DNA of 23,868 bases. Source: Macrostomum lignano. Lineage: Eukaryota. A model generated the notes under the pieces. The model was not told the DNA's origin. It was given only the letters and a program-made list of their open reading frames with translations, and searched no databases. The stretch spans positions 1-23,868 of the forward strand of contig NIVC01005171.1 in assembly GCA_002269645.1 (NCBI GenBank), read 5' to 3'. Positions 20,941 to 23,868 of the stretch are shown here, piece after piece; within the stretch, counting starts at the first letter, position 1; the number at the start of each line of letters is the position of its first letter. The position numbers and the translations under genes were made by a program.

Positions 20941-21785
20941 GCCTGGCCCTGTGCGTTAACAGTTTCTCCCTGGCGTCCATTGCAATTTTGCGCGCCCGTC
21001 AGAGCGCCACTACAGCGGCGCCGCCGCCGGACCAGGTGAGCAACAACTCCAACCTGCGCCGGGTGGTGGCAGCCACGTGGCTTGGCGCCCTGCTGGTCTC
21101 CACGCCAGCCCTGTTCGCCTTCAGTCTGCAGCCGGTGAACATGCCGGTAGGAGGTGACGGCCGCGGCAACTCGTCCCGCAGCCAAGACGTTCACTACGTG
21201 TGCTCGGAGGATCGCAGCAACCCGGTGGGGCAGAAGGCCTACTCAGCCTACTTCCTAGTGCTGCTGTTCCTGTCTCCCTGCGTGGTGCTGGCTTTCTCAT
21301 ACGGCGTCACCGCTCGATTCTTGTCCAGACAGTTCGGCCGCTTGACCGGCCGCCGGCTGCAGGCGGCGACGTCTCTCGGACAAGCGACCGCCGCGCTGGA
21401 GGAACAGCCAGAAGAGCTCCAGGAGCAGCAGCCACGCCTGGCCCTGACCAACCAGACTTCCGTAGCATCTGGCGGGCCGCTGAATCGGCAGCACCGGCAG
21501 ACGCGCCGGCTGCACCGTCGGACGGTGAAAACTCTCGCCGTACTAGTGGCTGTCTTCATCGTGTGCTGGTTCCCCAAAGATCTGATCATTCTGTTGCAGG
21601 ATTTTGTGCTGGAAAACCGTGGCGTGGACGCCGTGAGCCCCCTGATAGAGATTTACCCGTACAGTCAGGCCCTGATCTACCTGCACAGCGCTCTCTGCCC
21701 GTTCCTGTACTGGTGCCTCAGCCGTGTGTTTCAGCACTACGTCAGAAAGGCATTCTCCAGGCAGCAGCCAGAGCAGCGCCAATAG
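20941..21785 (+). CDS. Same GPCR, exon encoding TM3 to the C-terminus (spliced product 379 aa from Met 15521)
   Basis: Branch point ctgac and ccgcag| acceptor at 20940. G|GC splice restores the exact C3.25 to R3.50 spacing. TM4 W..P, ECL2 Cys, TM5 P/Y, TM6 CWFP, TM7 CPFLY. Confidence 0.92.
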
Positions 21786-21863
21786 TTATGAAACTGCGGC
21801 CTAAGCTGCTCTCAATGCTCTGTGATTGATGATCTTCTCGAAGCCACTTTTCTGAACTCGAAA

Positions 21864-21869
21864 AATAAA
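21864..21869 (+). terminator. Polyadenylation signal AATAAA for the GPCR (second copy at 21981-21986)
   Basis: About 80 nt after the stop codon. Confidence 0.55.
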
Positions 21870-22882
21870 AGGCTTTTTTTCTCTCTCCAAAGTTCGGCAC
21901 GCCCCTTGGCTTAGCTGGCACTCGGTGAGACTTATTTAGGCTTTTAGCACTCGCTCGCCTCAGCTTGTTTTATTTTCTGCAATAAAAAGCACACTTTGTA
22001 CTGCATAACACTACCGGCAGGAATACCAGACAATTCCCCCTTCACAGTTTTTGCAGAACACGGACTAACTTTTTATTGCTCACCTTCTCAAACAAGAATC
22101 AAGTCGCCAGCCCCCCGGACCGTCGAGATATTCGACGATTCTGCCAGAAGGTCGGATTTTTCCCATTAATGCTAATGTACTGCGCCCCAGTGCAGCCTTG
22201 CCAAGCCTCCAAATTACATCAGCACGTCGACCGCATGTGTCTGCATCAGCTCTGACTTCGTTGGTCACTGGCCTTCACCCAGATGGAGCTTCTGGACCTT
22301 CAACAGGTGGCACCAGGAAACTATGGACACCCTGTTGCAAATTTCTCTAGTTTCGCTGATCAAGCCTCGACAGCGGGCAAACCTCAACTGCTGGACATCC
22401 TCAGCTGGTCTCTCAGGCACTCCGTCATCACCCCAACGCCGTCGGCACCTTCAACAGGTGGCATCAGGTCACTGTGGCCACCCGAGTGAGATTTTTTATC
22501 ATACCCTTAGCATTTTTGGAGCTCTAAACTTATTTTAAGCTCCAAGATGGCTGAAATGCTGGCCACTGGCGTTTCACGCGCAGCAAAAAGAATGTCTGGG
22601 CTGGGGGGAATTCCATCAGCAATTCAAGCCCCCCCCGCCTGGTAGTTCTACTGTTAATAAAAGTTTAGTTTCCTTGCATCATATGATAACCGGCTGATTT
22701 GACTCGCTTTATTTTTACTACATAAAAGAACACAGAAAGCAGAAAACTAAACAAAAAAGTAACGGCATGGAAGCCGCAAGCCAGAATCCCAATGTAATCT
22801 TTAGTTCTGGAGGAATTCTTAAGTGCAGTGTAGTTAAAGTACAGAATTTTGGCTAATGTAAAGGGAGTAGTTTTTCCTTAGA

Positions 22883-23135
22883 GAATGTAGGTTTGTAGGT
22901 TTCATGTACAGAATGTAGGTTCCATGTACAGGCTGTAGGTTTCATGTACAGAATGTAGGTTTCAAGTACGGGCTGTAGGTTTCATGCATAGAATGTAGAT
23001 TTCATGTACAGGATGTATTTTTCTTGTACAGAATGTATTTTTCATGTACAGAATGGAGGTTCACGTTGAGAATGTTAATGTTTCATCTACACAATGTAAG
23101 TTTGATGTACAGAATTTAGGTTTCATGTAACAGAA
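22883..23135. repeat. Degenerate 20-bp minisatellite, about 12 copies (cagaatgtaggtttcatgta)
   Basis: Repeated gtaggtttcatgtacag units decaying toward the right. Confidence 0.85.
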
Positions 23136-23868
23136 TTCTCTAAGGTTTACGCGACATTAAAAGTGGCGCTTTACTTGTACACTAACTTTCAAAGCATACC
23201 ACTTTAAGTAGCATTAGTGTTTGAATGTGCGGCTACGTTGAATTACAGCCGAAAAGTATGTCGTATACGCTTGTATTTGCGTTTCAACAAGCAGAACTCT
23301 TAGTCTGCATACTAAAAGAGCACTTTATTGCGCGCATACCAGCCGAGCCTAGATCGATCCACTTTTCCTTTTAGAAGAGAAAAAGAGACGGGGATTGATC
23401 CTTGGTCCGGAAAAACAGGGGGTTCACTGATTTACTGACCAAGCACTGCGCTAGCAATACTTTAATAATATATCTATGGAGAGAGACAGAGGTGCAAAGC
23501 GCTTTCAGTGCGCTCACACACAGTAAGCAAATTTTTCTTTCCTCGATTCAGCACGCTTCGAAGCATTCGTGCCTTAAATTCGAGGTTTTTTTATAATTCA
23601 ATTCGCAAGCCCAGGGTCCTTCCGGTCGGATCAAATGAAAATATTTAAAAGCTGGCTTGCCGCTCGAGTATAAAGCCAATTGTGGAACTCTCCATTTTTC
23701 TGGCAATATCTGGCCGCGTCTTTTCCCCTCTGTGCTTCTTTCTCTCTCTCTTGTTTCTGAGTTCTGCTCTCTCATTTTTAGTCTCCCCAACCCCGTGAGT
23801 GAATGGAATTGTTTCAGCTTTGCTTCGGCATGCTCCAAGCAACAGCTGGGTTCGTTGGCGGTCACTCC

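Noticed and set aside
20880-21829. ORFs overlapping GPCR exon 2 in other frames or antisense
   Set aside because: Expected shadows of a GC3-rich coding exon.
23402-23865. Short ORFs at the right edge
   Set aside because: Low-complexity, no motifs, and no supporting splice signals.

Overview
Eukaryotic (invertebrate animal) genomic DNA, not prokaryotic: GT-AG introns, GC3-rich exons and many minisatellites. A flatworm such as Macrostomum is a guess from composition only. Left: the 5' five coding exons of a CDC14 dual-specificity phosphatase on the minus strand, running off the window edge. Upstream of it are a foldback repeat and a 1,915-bp internally deleted non-LTR retrotransposon (5542-7456) flanked by an exact 11-bp target-site duplication. 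Its first nucleotide starts a sequence that folds as an HDV-like self-cleaving ribozyme, with a non-canonical but compensated P1.1 pair; this is the strongest finding. To the right: a short plus-strand ORF built like a neuropeptide precursor, a deleted mariner element, a 2.7-kb 32-bp satellite, and a two-exon class A peptide-type GPCR whose sodium-pocket, DRY and NPxxY motifs are all altered. Most long ORFs in the supplied track are artefacts of tandem repeats. All calls come from reading the sequence by eye; no searches were run.
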